Part shown: positions 1 to 11,456 of the stretch, one piece after another | How the letters are laid out: every line of letters starts with the position of its first letter | Position numbering within the stretch: position 1 is the stretch's first letter | Virus record (IMG/VR): IMGVR_UViG_3300020557_000009 | Location: 6,448 to 70,447 of that record | DNA from: a virus | Lineage: Duplodnaviria; Caudoviricetes | Reading direction: 5' to 3' (one strand) | DNA: 64,000 bases | Translations under genes and position numbers: made by a program | Notes under the pieces: model-generated | What the model was told of the DNA's origin: nothing | Seen by the model: the letters and a program-made list of their open reading frames with translations, nothing else | Databases searched by the model: none

Positions 1-2182
1 AAACATATAATGTTTGTGCGGTATCTGGTGTTTTAATAATGTTATTTGCTTGAATTGTTGTTTGACCAGAACTTGCATAAACAATTGCACCACTTGTGTT
101 TACAACTTCACCACCAGTATTTTGAATTGTAGATGAAGCAGTAACAAATGTTTTTGATTTTGCTGGACTACCTGATGCTAAAGAATAAGTTAATGTTGCA
201 ATAATGTTTGCAACCATGTTATTCGCATTGGTAATTGTTAACTTTTTGGTCGTTGTATTTACATCAGTAATTTTATTGGCAGGAACAGTTGAACCTACTG
301 GATATGGAGAAGAGCCTGCACTTGTTACAATTACTTGATAATTTTCTGCGATTGAACTTGAACTTGTTGCAGAAGCTAATGTTTCACCTGAATAAGTTGT
401 AAGTGCAGGAGAATCAGCGGCACCAAATGATTGTGCGGAATAAAGTCGTCTAAGAGAATAAACAAAATCTGCAATTGTATTTTGAGTAATATACTCTTGG
501 CCAAGTTTAAAAATAACTGGTTCAAAACTTGCATCGGTCAAGAAAGTATCATCATATGTTGAGGCTAAATCTTTAGAACGAGAATCAATATCACCAGAAT
601 TTATTTTTGTTGTGCTGTTAAATGATGCAATACTTTTAACATCATTAAATTCAAAGTCAATTGAAAATTGTGATAAATTATTAGGTGTTGTAATAAAATT
701 TTCTGCAAGAGTTACCGTTTGTGTTGTACCATTAAATGCAGTAATTAATTTTGGTGATTCACTAGAACCTAAACCAGAAGTAATACGAAGTTTTGCACCT
801 GCATAAGCATCAGCAATAACAGAAAATACATTACCTGCAACAGTATTTGCAAGTTGAACAGTATTTACTGTTGCGGCATTTGCAGTACCTGTAATTGAAC
901 CTACACTCACATCAAATAAAAATGTTTTGTAAGTATAAGTTTGTGAATTAGATGTGTTTGATGCCGAATCAAATGCAACAGATTTTACTCTTGCGGTACC
1001 AATTTTAGTATTAGTAATTGAACCAGTAGAAGTTACATTGATATTTGCATTTGAAACGCAATGTAAATCAACTGTGCTTAGATTGTCAATTGGCCAACTT
1101 CCATAATGATTGGTTGTATAAACAAAATTACCATAGTCTGCGGTAACAAATTTGTTTTGAACATTATCTGTTTCTCTTGGTTTTTCAATAACAACTGTTG
1201 ACGGAGAAATAGTTTCGTATTCATAACCAAACACATATGCTTTACCTGGTGACAGAATCACATCCATGTTTGCAGTATTAGATGCACTTGTATCTAAAGC
1301 AAGATTAAATTGCTTTACAGTATAGTTGCCTGATTCATCATAAGTTCTTCGAGCAAGAGTATCTTCAAGAACAGAATAAATTGGAAAAATATAATTTCTT
1401 GTTAGAGAACCTTCTTCAACACGGGACAATTCAATAAATTGTGTGATGTCAGTAGAAGAAAGTGAGCGTGAAGATAAGATTAAATCAATTTTAAATCGGT
1501 CTGAACCTGGTGCTTGATAGTTAGACGCATCTTGTGCTGGGTCTAATAATGATGTGTCCGCTGAAGAAGTAATAATGGATTCTGTTATCTCAAAACCAAT
1601 TCTTGCATTTGCGGTATTATTATTGTATTTTGATGTTGCTATAGTTTGTGAATCGTTCTTAATAAAGAAACCATCATAGAAAAAAACACCTTCTGTCACA
1701 GAAAATGTTTGACCTGTTCCTACACCAGTTGTATTTGCATAGACAGGTGAAATTTCGTTTGTTTTAATAATTTCATCAGATGTAAAAGCTTCACCATAAA
1801 CTTGCTTAACCATCAATGTGATTGGGTCACCACCTTCAATAGCTTCATATACCTTAATAACTTCGGCACGCTTTGATTCGTCATTGGAAAGAATGGTTGT
1901 TCCAATAAAATTGTTTGCAACAATTTCGGTTGAAGCATAAGTTGGACTTAAATTAATATAAGTCGCATCTTGTAAGAATGTTTGGCCTCCAGTAACAACA
2001 GAACCATTTTTAAAAACATGGTTTCCAAATCTTTCTGATTGTTTTTGGAGAATAGTTTGAAGTTGTGTTAATTCTCTAGCTTGAACCGCATAGCCAGGCT
2101 TAAACAACATTCTGAGGAATTTTTTATCCTCATCATAATCATCGTAATATGGGTTTACATTAAAATTAGTTTCAAGAGCCAT
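1..2182 (-). CDS. Large virion structural protein, DUF4815-like, 3' truncated by window edge
   Basis: Not in ORF track. ATG at 2182 reads MALETNFNVNPYYDDYDEDKKFLRMLFKPGYAVQARELTQLQTILQKQSERFGNHVFKNGS, an N-terminus typical of T4-like DUF4815 proteins; frame appears open to the edge. Confidence 0.75.
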   Translation of the reverse strand, partial: MALETNFNVNPYYDDYDEDKKFLRMLFKPGYAVQARELTQLQTILQKQSERFGNHVFKNGSVVTGGQTFLQDATYINLSPTYASTEIVANNFIGTTILSNDESKRAEVIKVYEAIEGGDPITLMVKQVYGEAFTSDEIIKTNEISPVYANTTGVGTGQTFSVTEGVFFYDGFFIKNDSQTIATSKYNNNTANARIGFEITESIITSSADTSLLDPAQDASNYQAPGSDRFKIDLILSSRSLSSTDITQFIELSRVEEGSLTRNYIFPIYSVLEDTLARRTYDESGNYTVKQFNLALDTSASNTANMDVILSPGKAYVFGYEYETISPSTVVIEKPRETDNVQNKFVTADYGNFVYTTNHYGSWPIDNLSTVDLHCVSNANINVTSTGSITNTKIGTARVKSVAFDSASNTSNSQTYTYKTFLFDVSVGSITGTANAATVNTVQLANTVAGNVFSVIADAYAGAKLRITSGLGSSESPKLITAFNGTTQTVTLAENFITTPNNLSQFSIDFEFNDVKSIASFNSTTKINSGDIDSRSKDLASTYDDTFLTDASFEPVIFKLGQEYITQNTIADFVYSLRRLYSAQSFGAADSPALTTYSGETLASATSSSSIAENYQVIVTSAGSSPYPVGSTVPANKITDVNTTTKKLTITNANNMVANIIATLTYSLASGSPAKSKTFVTASSTIQNTGGEVVNTSGAIVYASSGQTTIQANNIIKTPDTAQTLYV

Positions 2183-2197
2183 GAACTATTTTTTCCT

Positions 2198-3790
2198 TTA
2201 AAATCTTACAACAAACTTGAGATTTTCAGCTTGTCCGTCTGTTCTTTCTGTTTTTACTATATTCTCTACATGCATTACATCACCAGTATAAGGTTGGAAC
2301 TCTGGATTCTTTTGCGAAATAACTCGTCTGCCTGATGGATTCGTGTTTGCTCCAATCAATGGTGCACCTACTTGAGCAGAACCTCTAACTTTAGTAAGTC
2401 TAACAACATTTGATGTAAAATCATTTATATAGCCACTAAAACTTGTTGAGTTTATTGATGCACCTTGATAAACAAACTCATTTAAATTATAAGCCGTACC
2501 TGCAACAAGTGTTAAATCTGTCGTCTGTGAGATGACACTATTTGCTACAGCAGTATTTGCTTGGATTGTTGCTCCATATTTATATGGGTCTCTTAGCAGG
2601 CCATACTGACGGAAGGTTGTATTTGCAGAAATTAAACCGCCTTCAGTAGAATCAATTTCACCAATTTTCATGGCAACCATAACATTTGATGCACCTAACT
2701 GTTTTGCAGAGTTGAATCCATGGCCAAACTTTGGCGGCAATACTGCTCTAGCAGTAGCACCAGTTCCTGTTCCAAAGATACGCACATTTGTATAAGTGTA
2801 ATCTCTACCTCTTGTGGTAACTATTATTTTTTGAATTGAATTTCCACTTAATCTTGGTTGACTTAGTACCGTAGTTCCATCACCTTCAACATAAACCCTT
2901 GTCGTTAAAGCAAGTGCATTTGCAGTATTTGAACCACCACCATTTGCAGTCGCACCTGTTGAAAGTGTGATTTTTAAATTTACAGAATCGACAGAAGCCA
3001 CATAGTAAGAACCACCAAGGCCTGTTCCTGTAATTGACATATTTGCGGTATTTTTTAAAGCTGCCGATAAATTAGGAGAAACCGCATCATCGGTACTCAA
3101 AACTGTTAAAATTGTGCAACCTGTTTGAAATGCAGAAACAATAACATTACTGTGAATGTATCCTGTACCACCATTAGTAACTACAATTTTTGATAATTCA
3201 CCATCAACTGCAATATTGGCAGATGTAGAATAATCTAATTTTGAAGTAGATGTTGGTGCAGGAATCCAGTTTGTAGTTAAAAAACGATTAGATGCACGAA
3301 CATTATACAAATATTTCCAAAGATAACCATCTGAAGTTTCAATAACTCCATTGGCAGCTAAATTTTGACCTGATGGTTCTACGGTAGAATTTGACGAAAC
3401 ATTATTGCACAAGCAAAGATAAACATTTTTATCTGTGTTCACCACATACATTGGTTTTAAATTTTGACTTGTATTTGTTGACAATAATGATGACAATTCA
3501 ATTGTATCATCATACTGACGATATTTTGTGTTACTTGTCCAATCAATTTTTGGAACAACTAATTCAACATCATTACCTGTAACTCTTTTTGCGGCATACA
3601 TGTTATCCCAAACACTTTTTTCATCTTTTACGGTGTCTGAAATAGAATCAGGCACATCATCATTTGTCCAAGGAATATGATTGCCAATAAACACATAACC
3701 AAGTGTAGCTGGTTCTGGTTCGTAGAATGATTCTTTAAATTGTTCTGCGTTATTAAACGCAAGTTTTTTAGATGTGTATGAAGTCGCCAT
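2198..3790 (-). CDS. gp8: Baseplate wedge subunit gp8-like
   Basis: YVFIG..PW, W...Y..YDD, YVVNTDKNVYLCL.N, TSDGYLWKYLY motifs; next to gp6/gp7. Confidence 0.85.
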   Translation of the reverse strand: MATSYTSKKLAFNNAEQFKESFYEPEPATLGYVFIGNHIPWTNDDVPDSISDTVKDEKSVWDNMYAAKRVTGNDVELVVPKIDWTSNTKYRQYDDTIELSSLLSTNTSQNLKPMYVVNTDKNVYLCLCNNVSSNSTVEPSGQNLAANGVIETSDGYLWKYLYNVRASNRFLTTNWIPAPTSTSKLDYSTSANIAVDGELSKIVVTNGGTGYIHSNVIVSAFQTGCTILTVLSTDDAVSPNLSAALKNTANMSITGTGLGGSYYVASVDSVNLKITLSTGATANGGGSNTANALALTTRVYVEGDGTTVLSQPRLSGNSIQKIIVTTRGRDYTYTNVRIFGTGTGATARAVLPPKFGHGFNSAKQLGASNVMVAMKIGEIDSTEGGLISANTTFRQYGLLRDPYKYGATIQANTAVANSVISQTTDLTLVAGTAYNLNEFVYQGASINSTSFSGYINDFTSNVVRLTKVRGSAQVGAPLIGANTNPSGRRVISQKNPEFQPYTGDVMHVENIVKTERTDGQAENLKFVVRF

Positions 3791-3808
3791 ATTCTTTATT
3801 TATTTTGA

Positions 3809-6037
3809 TTACCAAGCGTCAGTCGAGGCAATTCTACTCCAGATATTTGTCGTTCCATCATATGCGGTTGTGCAATAATAGAAGTAATTGTTCGCAAGAT
3901 ATACCATACCTTTTGTATCACCACCAGCACCTTTGTTATTTGCAGGCGCAGAAGAAACAATAATCAATGAATTAGCACGAACATAAGCGGTATTTTGAAT
4001 TGTGCTATCTGGGAATGTTAATGTACCATCATCACCAAATGTCCATGCCTTTGATGTTCCTCCAGTATTAGCCCTAATTTGGATACTTGTATAAGCGTAT
4101 AACTCAGTAGTTGCCGTCCCCATAAACAATGCAGTAGAATCATCGCTAGTGGTTGTTAGATATGCGGAGTTGGCTCCGTAAGTATTAAAATCTAGTTTAG
4201 AGTTTCCTAATCCATTAATAATGGTGCGAGTATTTGCGTTATTTGCAGTATTAAACGCAGCTTGTGCCAAAATGTTTGCAGAGTTTGCTCTATCAAAGGC
4301 CGCATTTGCAAGATTGTCGTAGTTGATTGCAATCGCAGCCGTTGCAAGTGCGATATTTGCAGTATCATATGCGGAATTGGCGTGAGAAGATACACTATAA
4401 ACTAATGTATTTGCGATATTTGCAAGATTGAAAGCACCATTAGCATGTGCAAAGTTAACCGCAGAGTTCGTATTAGCAGCATTAAATGCAACTTGTGCTA
4501 AAACATTTGCGGCGTTTGCTTTACTAAATGCTGCATCAGCAGTAACATTTACGGTGTTTGCCCACGCATAAGAAGCATCTGCTTTTATATTGACAGTATT
4601 GGCAAAAGCATATGCAGAAGTAGTGATGGTGGCAACTGTATTCGAAGAATTAAATGCGGCTTGTGCCAAAACATTTGCAACATTGGCTTTATCAAAAGCA
4701 CCTTGAGCCAACGCACTAATAGAGTTTGCAAAATCAAAAGAACCATTAGCGTGATTGTATCCAGCTAAAGCAATTGTTTCTGCCGTATTTGATTCATTAA
4801 ACGAAAGTGCAGCAGTTGTGAGTGCAGTATTTGCTTGATTAAACGCACCATTAGCGTGATTATAACCCGCATTTGCAGTATTTGATGCATTAGTGATAAA
4901 CTGATTGTTTAATGAAATTGAAATTGTGTTTGCAAAATTATAAGCATTTTGTGCTAAAACATTAGCAGCATTGGCTTTAGTAAAGGCAGCATCAGCAGTA
5001 ATATTTACGGTGTTTGCGAAAGCAAAAACCGAATCTACTTTGACATTTACCGTATTTGCAAAACTATGTGCATCATTGGCTTTTGTAAATGCGGCATCTG
5101 TTTTAATATTTACAGTATTACTAAATGCAAATGCAGCTTCTGCTGTAATGTTGGCAGTATTTGCTTTTGCGAAGGATGCTTCACCAGTTGCATTAGCAGT
5201 ATTGGCGGCGTTAAATCCTGCTTGAGCAAGAACATTAGCGGCATTAGCTTGTGCAAATCCGGCATCTGAAGTTATATTGACTGTGTTTGCAAATGCATGT
5301 GCAGAATCAACTTTTACATTAATTGTATTGGCAAATGCATATGCAGCTTCAGCAGTAATGTTAGCTGTGTTTGCTTGGTTGTAGGCACCCTGAACAACAC
5401 CTGCATTAGCGGTGTTTGCGGCATCAAATGCGGCTTGAGCTAAAACATTGGCAACATTTGCTTGTGCGAAGGCAGCATCAGCAGTTATATTGACTGTATT
5501 TGAAAAAGAGAAGGCAGCATCTGTCTTAATATTAATTGTATTTGCAAACGCATACGCAGAATCGACTTTAATATTTACGGTATTACTAAATGCGTATGCT
5601 GAATCAACTTTAATGTTGATGATATTGGCAAATGCATATCCAGAATCTACTTTGATATTGGCAATATTTGCAAATGCATAAGCGGAATCTGCAATTATAT
5701 TTGCGGTATTTGCTCGTGAAAATGCAGCTTCAGCGGTGGTGTTTGCAGTATTTGCTTTTGCAAATCCGGCGCTCGCATCTGCCTGTGCGGTATTAGCAGC
5801 ATTAAATCCTGCTTGTGCTAAAATGTTTGCGGAATTTGCTTTTCCATACGCAAGATTAGCAGTTGCAAACGCAACAGGTGCTACATTGTCAATTGCAAAG
5901 TCTAAGTTTGCAAGACTAAGTTGTTTGGTGGTAAAAGTACCACTACTTTTATCAACGACCACAAATACCGTATTCAGCGTATTTGAATCGGGCGTTGTTA
6001 GTTCTGTTAAATCGGTTATTCTAATTGTCGTTGACAT
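3809..6037 (-). CDS. Fibre-like virion protein with 14-residue A(F/Y)xxANxxNxx repeats
   Basis: 742 aa; long run of 14-aa repeats such as VDSAYAFANTVNIK; short globular C-terminus (YFYYC...IWSR); baseplate context. Confidence 0.6.
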   Translation of the reverse strand: MSTTIRITDLTELTTPDSNTLNTVFVVVDKSSGTFTTKQLSLANLDFAIDNVAPVAFATANLAYGKANSANILAQAGFNAANTAQADASAGFAKANTANTTAEAAFSRANTANIIADSAYAFANIANIKVDSGYAFANIINIKVDSAYAFSNTVNIKVDSAYAFANTINIKTDAAFSFSNTVNITADAAFAQANVANVLAQAAFDAANTANAGVVQGAYNQANTANITAEAAYAFANTINVKVDSAHAFANTVNITSDAGFAQANAANVLAQAGFNAANTANATGEASFAKANTANITAEAAFAFSNTVNIKTDAAFTKANDAHSFANTVNVKVDSVFAFANTVNITADAAFTKANAANVLAQNAYNFANTISISLNNQFITNASNTANAGYNHANGAFNQANTALTTAALSFNESNTAETIALAGYNHANGSFDFANSISALAQGAFDKANVANVLAQAAFNSSNTVATITTSAYAFANTVNIKADASYAWANTVNVTADAAFSKANAANVLAQVAFNAANTNSAVNFAHANGAFNLANIANTLVYSVSSHANSAYDTANIALATAAIAINYDNLANAAFDRANSANILAQAAFNTANNANTRTIINGLGNSKLDFNTYGANSAYLTTTSDDSTALFMGTATTELYAYTSIQIRANTGGTSKAWTFGDDGTLTFPDSTIQNTAYVRANSLIIVSSAPANNKGAGGDTKGMVYLANNYFYYCTTAYDGTTNIWSRIASTDAW

Positions 6038-6045
6038 TTTTATTC

Positions 6046-8670
6046 CTATGTTTCTACTGAAAGAATCAAATCATTTTCAGCAATAATCTCGTCTAGTGTT
6101 ACTTCTGTTGCAACCGCATCGTAATCAACATTCAATACCACCAATTCTTCATTATTTGCAGTTATTGTAAAGGCAGAATTTACAGTCAGTAATGTATCGC
6201 TAATGATTGAATTCACCATGCGAATCTCTGAGTTTACGGCAATCCATGTGTTTGCGCCAATAAAATCAAGATTGGCTGCCTTAGTAAATTTAGTACCTGT
6301 TCCAACAACAAAAATGGTGCTGTTAACATTAACAGTACCAGAAAGTGTTCGAATATTTTTAGGTACCGTTAATGTGTTCATTGTCACATTATTGGCATCT
6401 AATTCATTTAGTTTATTTAGCTCTGCATAGGATTTAAATCCAGCAGGATGTAAGAGTTCTTTAAAGATTTTTTTATACTTGCCAAACTCAATTTCCGATG
6501 ATAACAAGTAAGAATAGTTAATGTAATAATCACGACCTTGTAATTTTCTGTCGGAAGATGAAAGAATTGAATCTGAAGAAGTCCATCTTCCGGCCAATTC
6601 TTGCAATGTTGGACTGAGTGTTGCATTTGCTTGAGCCGTTCCATCTCCAATTGAAGTCAAAACAATTTGAGGTGTGGTACGAATACCTTTACCTGGATCA
6701 AGAATTGTGATTTCTTGGATTTCACCAGCACGACCAGTACCACGGGGAAATAGATTTTCTCCATCACCCATAATTGTCGTAACGGCTATGTTCGCACTTA
6801 TTCCAAGTGTAGAACTTACAGTAATTGTTGGAAGTTTGTCGTTAGTGTATCCTTGACCACCTATCAAATATCTTCCCAAATGTCTAACTGGTCTATTTGT
6901 TAGAATTGAACCGAAGCTTGTATTTACATTAAGTGAAGTATTTGAAGCAATTGATACCACAGTTCTTGTATTAGAACCAATCATAATTTTATCGCCAACA
7001 ATTAGTTCTGTTTCAAACAATGTTTCATAACCTTGAACCATTACATTACTTGCAGATGTTACACTTGCGTTTCCAGTGATTTTTGATGGAACAAATTTTA
7101 CTTCTGTAATTGTTCCTAATGCAGAAACATTTGTAACCTCGGCCGCAGCACCAAGTCCAAAACTCATTGGTTTGTTGGTAAAAACAAGTTCATCACCAAC
7201 TGCGTAATCTATGCCTCCGTCAGTAATTATTAGTTTACCTAAAGAACCAAAAGTATCTATTTTTACGATTGTGTTGGTGGTTGTATTTGCAATTGGAACA
7301 ATGTCAACAATCGCTGGGTCTGCATTTAGTGTTGGTGTTGTTGTTACTGCTAATTCAGAAATAAGAACTTGAACATTACTAATTTCACCAATAGTGGTGT
7401 AAGAAATGTTTGATAGTGCTTGTGAAATAACAGTATTTACATTTGCAACTGTATCGCCAGAAAGACCCCAATTTAAATTGTAGATGATATTATTTGCTGG
7501 GTCAATATCTGAAATTACATCTGAAAAAATGGTATAACTATTTGGTGTATTAGTACCTGTTGTATTAACTGCACCTACGGCAAAAAATAATTCTTCTTCA
7601 GGAATACCTATTGCACGAACATTGGCTGCAACTTGAAATCCAGCACCACCATCACGAATTATTACTTGATTAATTTTACCACTAAATGTTTTAGAGATAA
7701 ACGCTTTTGGTTCTCTCTCAAAAGTAGGAACAATAATACTAATAGGATCACCAACATTATAGTTTGCACCACCATCAAGAACAGTAATTGTTAATAATGA
7801 AGAAAATGCTCTTGCACGAAGATATATTAATGTATCATCATTTGCAATAATATCAAATAAAATTGCTTCACCAATTGTAAAATCACTAACAACAGTTTTT
7901 GAATTTACATAAAATGCAGTAATTTGTTCATTGTTTATAGTTTCAATCTCTATTTCTTCAATTAATGCAGTTGCACCAGAAATTAAACCAGTTATTTTTC
8001 TATTTTTAAATATTTCTATATTGATGTTACGATAAAATACTTCAATCTCTGAATTGTTTGCAGGTGCAGTATAAAAATAAAGTTTGTTTATTTCTTTACG
8101 AACAAAATAATTAGATGTTGCAATTAAAGAACCATTCACATAAACTGTAATGGTTGTATCTAATGCCGAATTAAAAGGTACAAGATTGAATTCTTTTTTA
8201 GTTCCATTTCCAGTATAGAAACTTGAAATGTCTTGAGTTACCTTAATAACCTCATCTCTTTTCCATTTACCATCAGATGCTCTTAGAACATCATTTTTAG
8301 GATACTTAACTTCAAGTTCTTGCCCAAATAACATTCTGAACAATAACTTAAACGAGTTCTCAGAACCTTTTGCTAAGTAAAGAGGTAAAACATTTTTAAT
8401 TAAAAACGCTTTATCAACCTCAACATCTTTAGATACTAATGAGGCATATGTTGCAAAAAACTGTTCTTCAAAATCATCAATTGAATCGTCAACATCAGAT
8501 AGATTTCGAAGGTCTTTGGCTCTTTGAGTTAAATCATTGAGTTGAGTACCTTGTTTAGTTTCAAGATATTCGTAATATGCTTCTAAAAAAGAAATGAATA
8601 ACGGATACTCTTCCCGAATAAATTCAGGAACTTGGCGATTAACAAGTAAAGAAGTTTTTAAATCAGACAT
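6046..8670 (-). CDS. gp7: Baseplate wedge protein gp7-like
   Basis: LVNRQVPEFIREEYPLFISFLEAYYEYLE, KGSENSFKLLFRMLF, YPKNDVLRASDGKW, C-terminal LQGRDYY..YSY and LHPAG; follows gp6. Confidence 0.75.
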   Translation of the reverse strand: MSDLKTSLLVNRQVPEFIREEYPLFISFLEAYYEYLETKQGTQLNDLTQRAKDLRNLSDVDDSIDDFEEQFFATYASLVSKDVEVDKAFLIKNVLPLYLAKGSENSFKLLFRMLFGQELEVKYPKNDVLRASDGKWKRDEVIKVTQDISSFYTGNGTKKEFNLVPFNSALDTTITVYVNGSLIATSNYFVRKEINKLYFYTAPANNSEIEVFYRNINIEIFKNRKITGLISGATALIEEIEIETINNEQITAFYVNSKTVVSDFTIGEAILFDIIANDDTLIYLRARAFSSLLTITVLDGGANYNVGDPISIIVPTFEREPKAFISKTFSGKINQVIIRDGGAGFQVAANVRAIGIPEEELFFAVGAVNTTGTNTPNSYTIFSDVISDIDPANNIIYNLNWGLSGDTVANVNTVISQALSNISYTTIGEISNVQVLISELAVTTTPTLNADPAIVDIVPIANTTTNTIVKIDTFGSLGKLIITDGGIDYAVGDELVFTNKPMSFGLGAAAEVTNVSALGTITEVKFVPSKITGNASVTSASNVMVQGYETLFETELIVGDKIMIGSNTRTVVSIASNTSLNVNTSFGSILTNRPVRHLGRYLIGGQGYTNDKLPTITVSSTLGISANIAVTTIMGDGENLFPRGTGRAGEIQEITILDPGKGIRTTPQIVLTSIGDGTAQANATLSPTLQELAGRWTSSDSILSSSDRKLQGRDYYINYSYLLSSEIEFGKYKKIFKELLHPAGFKSYAELNKLNELDANNVTMNTLTVPKNIRTLSGTVNVNSTIFVVGTGTKFTKAANLDFIGANTWIAVNSEIRMVNSIISDTLLTVNSAFTITANNEELVVLNVDYDAVATEVTLDEIIAENDLILSVET

Positions 8671-10733
8671 TAGACACTAACAAGTTCGGTTACAATAGCA
8701 GAAGGGTCTGCACTATCAATTGTAATAATAGTATTTTTTGCAGATGATAAAATACCTTTTTCTGATTCTAAAGAAATACGAATAAAACCATCACTTGGTT
8801 TTACAGATAAAATGCGAATATCAGTTAAAGTAATAATACCATTTTGATAATCAATTGTTCCTGCTTTTTCACGAATAATTTGTTTCTGTGCAAAATTATC
8901 ATAATAAACAGTTCTTAAATCACCAAATCTGGAATCTAAAACCGCAATAGCAGTAGCACCATATCCATCTCCATCACCGCCAGAAATAGTAACTAATGCA
9001 GATGTATAATCAATACCACGATTAACAACCGTAATCTTTTGAACACGACCATTAACAATTGTTGCAGTAGCACTAGCACCAGTTCCATCACCTGTAATTG
9101 TTACAGTTGGTGCAACAGTATAACCAAAACCAGGATTCGTCACATTGATTTCTGTAATGCCGGTGTATGAGTTTGGGACTTCTTCTAATTGTGCCGTTCT
9201 ACGGACACCTAACGAATCAAACACATCAAATTCTGATGATGCTAAGCGATTGGTTGTTGTACCACGGTGTAATTCAGCATTGAATTCAATCTGATATGTT
9301 TTTGAAACATTAAGTTCTGGAACAAATCTTTTTTGTAATCTCAGTATAGTTTCTGAACCACGAATTGCATTTAAATCTACACCATCTACCGAATCTTGCA
9401 ATTTAGAAAGAACAAAAGTGGCATCAAACTTATTTAAATTTGTATTGTTATAAGTTAAAACTGCATTGCGAATTGAAGTTTTAATTGCTTCAGCACTTTG
9501 AGTTGTTTTGTTTTTATCATATTCCACATAGTTGTCGATTAAAAGATACAAGAATTGTGGATCAATAATTTCCGCACCAACAGAAACAATTGCTTTTGGT
9601 GAAATAATATCATCAACAATTCTTTGTTTTTCTGTTTCTGAGATATAGTAATTTTGTTTTGGTTTTAATGACACAAATACTTTACCATAAACAGGAGGTA
9701 TCGCATCTTCGCCACCCCAAACAGACAATGAATCTACCGATGGGTAGTTTTTCTTGATGTATGATTCATAATCTTTAAATGTAACCAAACGATTCTGTGT
9801 GGTAAATTGTGCAGGTGCACCAAATTTAATTTCATCAACACTTTCTCTTAATGAACCACCAGAGGCGGCAGAGATGGGAGAAATTACATAATTGTTGATA
9901 CCTTCATTTAAAGAATCTACCAATGCGGATGTCGCAACAAAGTTATTGGCTTTATCTGCAGCAGTTCCATTTGTAACCAAGTATGTTACAGAAACAACCG
10001 CACCATCGGGTAATTTTTTACCAACTACATCATTACCAAAATAAATTTGGAATTTACCACCTTTGTTTTCTTGCACATAAAAAACTTCGGATGATGAAGT
10101 CACATCCAAAACATCGGTAACTTTATTGTAAACAGTTAATTGTGTATTGCCTGCGGCAGGAATTGAAGTTATTTTAATTGTGGTTGTGTCAATATTTGTA
10201 TCTGGTAAATTGAATACTTGTTTTGGATTTGATGCTTGGTCATAGTTGAAAACATAAGTGACTAACTGACCTTCGTAAATATCAAGGTTCTCAAAATAAT
10301 ATTGATTGTTCGCTTTTAATACAGTAATTTCATCCAAGACAACAAAGTTATATGATGTGTTGTCAATTTGGTTTGACAAAAATGCAAACCCAGAGGGAAT
10401 TGTTAAACTACCTGAATTACTTGTTGCGGACTGTGCAGTAAAATTAATTGTTGCAATTGGTGCTCTTTGAGAATATGGAACATATCCTAAAGTTTTAGCA
10501 TGTGAAACTACCGAATCACGAAGCAATGCACTATCTAAAAAGGACTCATTCGCAACCATGTTTAGATAGTATGCGTTATAATGGGTATTGTAGGCTAAAA
10601 GGTCAAGTAAAATACTTAAACTAGAACCTTCAAAATCATAGTCTGTAAATTCAGATTGTTGATTTAAAAAGTTCTTTAAATTTTGCTTGATTGTATCAAA
10701 ATCAAGTTCGGTAACTCTTAAACGGTCTGCCAT
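8670..10733 (-). CDS. gp6: Baseplate wedge subunit gp6
   Basis: LDFDTIKQNL, FTDYDFEGS, LLDLLAYNTHY, ESFLDSA..R.SVVSHAK.LGY.P, QNRLVT..DY. Confidence 0.9.
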   Translation of the reverse strand: MADRLRVTELDFDTIKQNLKNFLNQQSEFTDYDFEGSSLSILLDLLAYNTHYNAYYLNMVANESFLDSALLRDSVVSHAKTLGYVPYSQRAPIATINFTAQSATSNSGSLTIPSGFAFLSNQIDNTSYNFVVLDEITVLKANNQYYFENLDIYEGQLVTYVFNYDQASNPKQVFNLPDTNIDTTTIKITSIPAAGNTQLTVYNKVTDVLDVTSSSEVFYVQENKGGKFQIYFGNDVVGKKLPDGAVVSVTYLVTNGTAADKANNFVATSALVDSLNEGINNYVISPISAASGGSLRESVDEIKFGAPAQFTTQNRLVTFKDYESYIKKNYPSVDSLSVWGGEDAIPPVYGKVFVSLKPKQNYYISETEKQRIVDDIISPKAIVSVGAEIIDPQFLYLLIDNYVEYDKNKTTQSAEAIKTSIRNAVLTYNNTNLNKFDATFVLSKLQDSVDGVDLNAIRGSETILRLQKRFVPELNVSKTYQIEFNAELHRGTTTNRLASSEFDVFDSLGVRRTAQLEEVPNSYTGITEINVTNPGFGYTVAPTVTITGDGTGASATATIVNGRVQKITVVNRGIDYTSALVTISGGDGDGYGATAIAVLDSRFGDLRTVYYDNFAQKQIIREKAGTIDYQNGIITLTDIRILSVKPSDGFIRISLESEKGILSSAKNTIITIDSADPSAIVTELVSV

Positions 10734-10735
10734 TT

Positions 10736-11146
10736 TTATCTAATCCGTTCTAGGAAAAAATTAATTGTAATTGGGCTTGGGTTGTTAATTACGAAAAACT
10801 CAAGCACAACTGAGTATTTGTTTTCGTCTGGCGTTGCAGTCGCAGTAACTTTTGAAACACGAGCTCTTGGCTCAAAGTTATTGATTGTTTCTTCAACTTC
10901 TCGCTCAATTTGTGCGGCCATAACCGAGTCAACATTTTCAAACAAAAGTCTGCGAATGTTACTTCCCAATTCAGGTTGAAATGGGCGCTCATAGTGATTT
11001 GTTAGAACAAGATTTTTAATGGAGTTAATGACGGCATATTCACCTTTATAAACATTGACATCCTTTCTTACAGGATGAATGGTGAACGCCAAGTCCAAGT
11101 CTCGAAATGTTCTTGTTGTATTATCGATTGTCGTTACTGTTGTCAT
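10736..11146 (-). CDS. gp25: Baseplate wedge subunit gp25
   Basis: SIKNLVLT..YERPFQPELGS..LLFE and IEREV..TINNFEPR motifs. Confidence 0.9.
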   Translation of the reverse strand: MTTVTTIDNTTRTFRDLDLAFTIHPVRKDVNVYKGEYAVINSIKNLVLTNHYERPFQPELGSNIRRLLFENVDSVMAAQIEREVEETINNFEPRARVSKVTATATPDENKYSVVLEFFVINNPSPITINFFLERIR

Positions 11147-11157
11147 CTTCTATTTAT

Positions 11158-11448
11158 TCAACCTCCGGCAAAAACATTTGAAGAACCTGCGGCCACAGAA
11201 GTGCATCCTGACAAAGCATCTCCAACTCTTCCTGCACCTTTTCCGTTCACAAAAACTTTTGAAGAACCTGCGGCAATCGGAGCATTATGTGCGGGACAAG
11301 GAGAGCCTGGGAGTAAATGAACTGTGTTCACATCGCCTTGCCGAGACCAAGGAATACCATTGACAAAAACATTGCCAGAACCTACTGCTCTAACCATTCC
11401 TGAGCAATGTGCGGAATCTGCATCTCCAACTCTTGTTGCTGCCGGCAT
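11158..11448 (-). CDS. PAAR-repeat spike tip protein (gp5.4-like)
   Basis: PAATRVGD, HxxxC metal ligands, GSSKVFVNGKGAGRVGD. Confidence 0.9.
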   Translation of the reverse strand: MPAATRVGDADSAHCSGMVRAVGSGNVFVNGIPWSRQGDVNTVHLLPGSPCPAHNAPIAAGSSKVFVNGKGAGRVGDALSGCTSVAAGSSNVFAGG

Positions 11449-11456
11449 CTTATATC

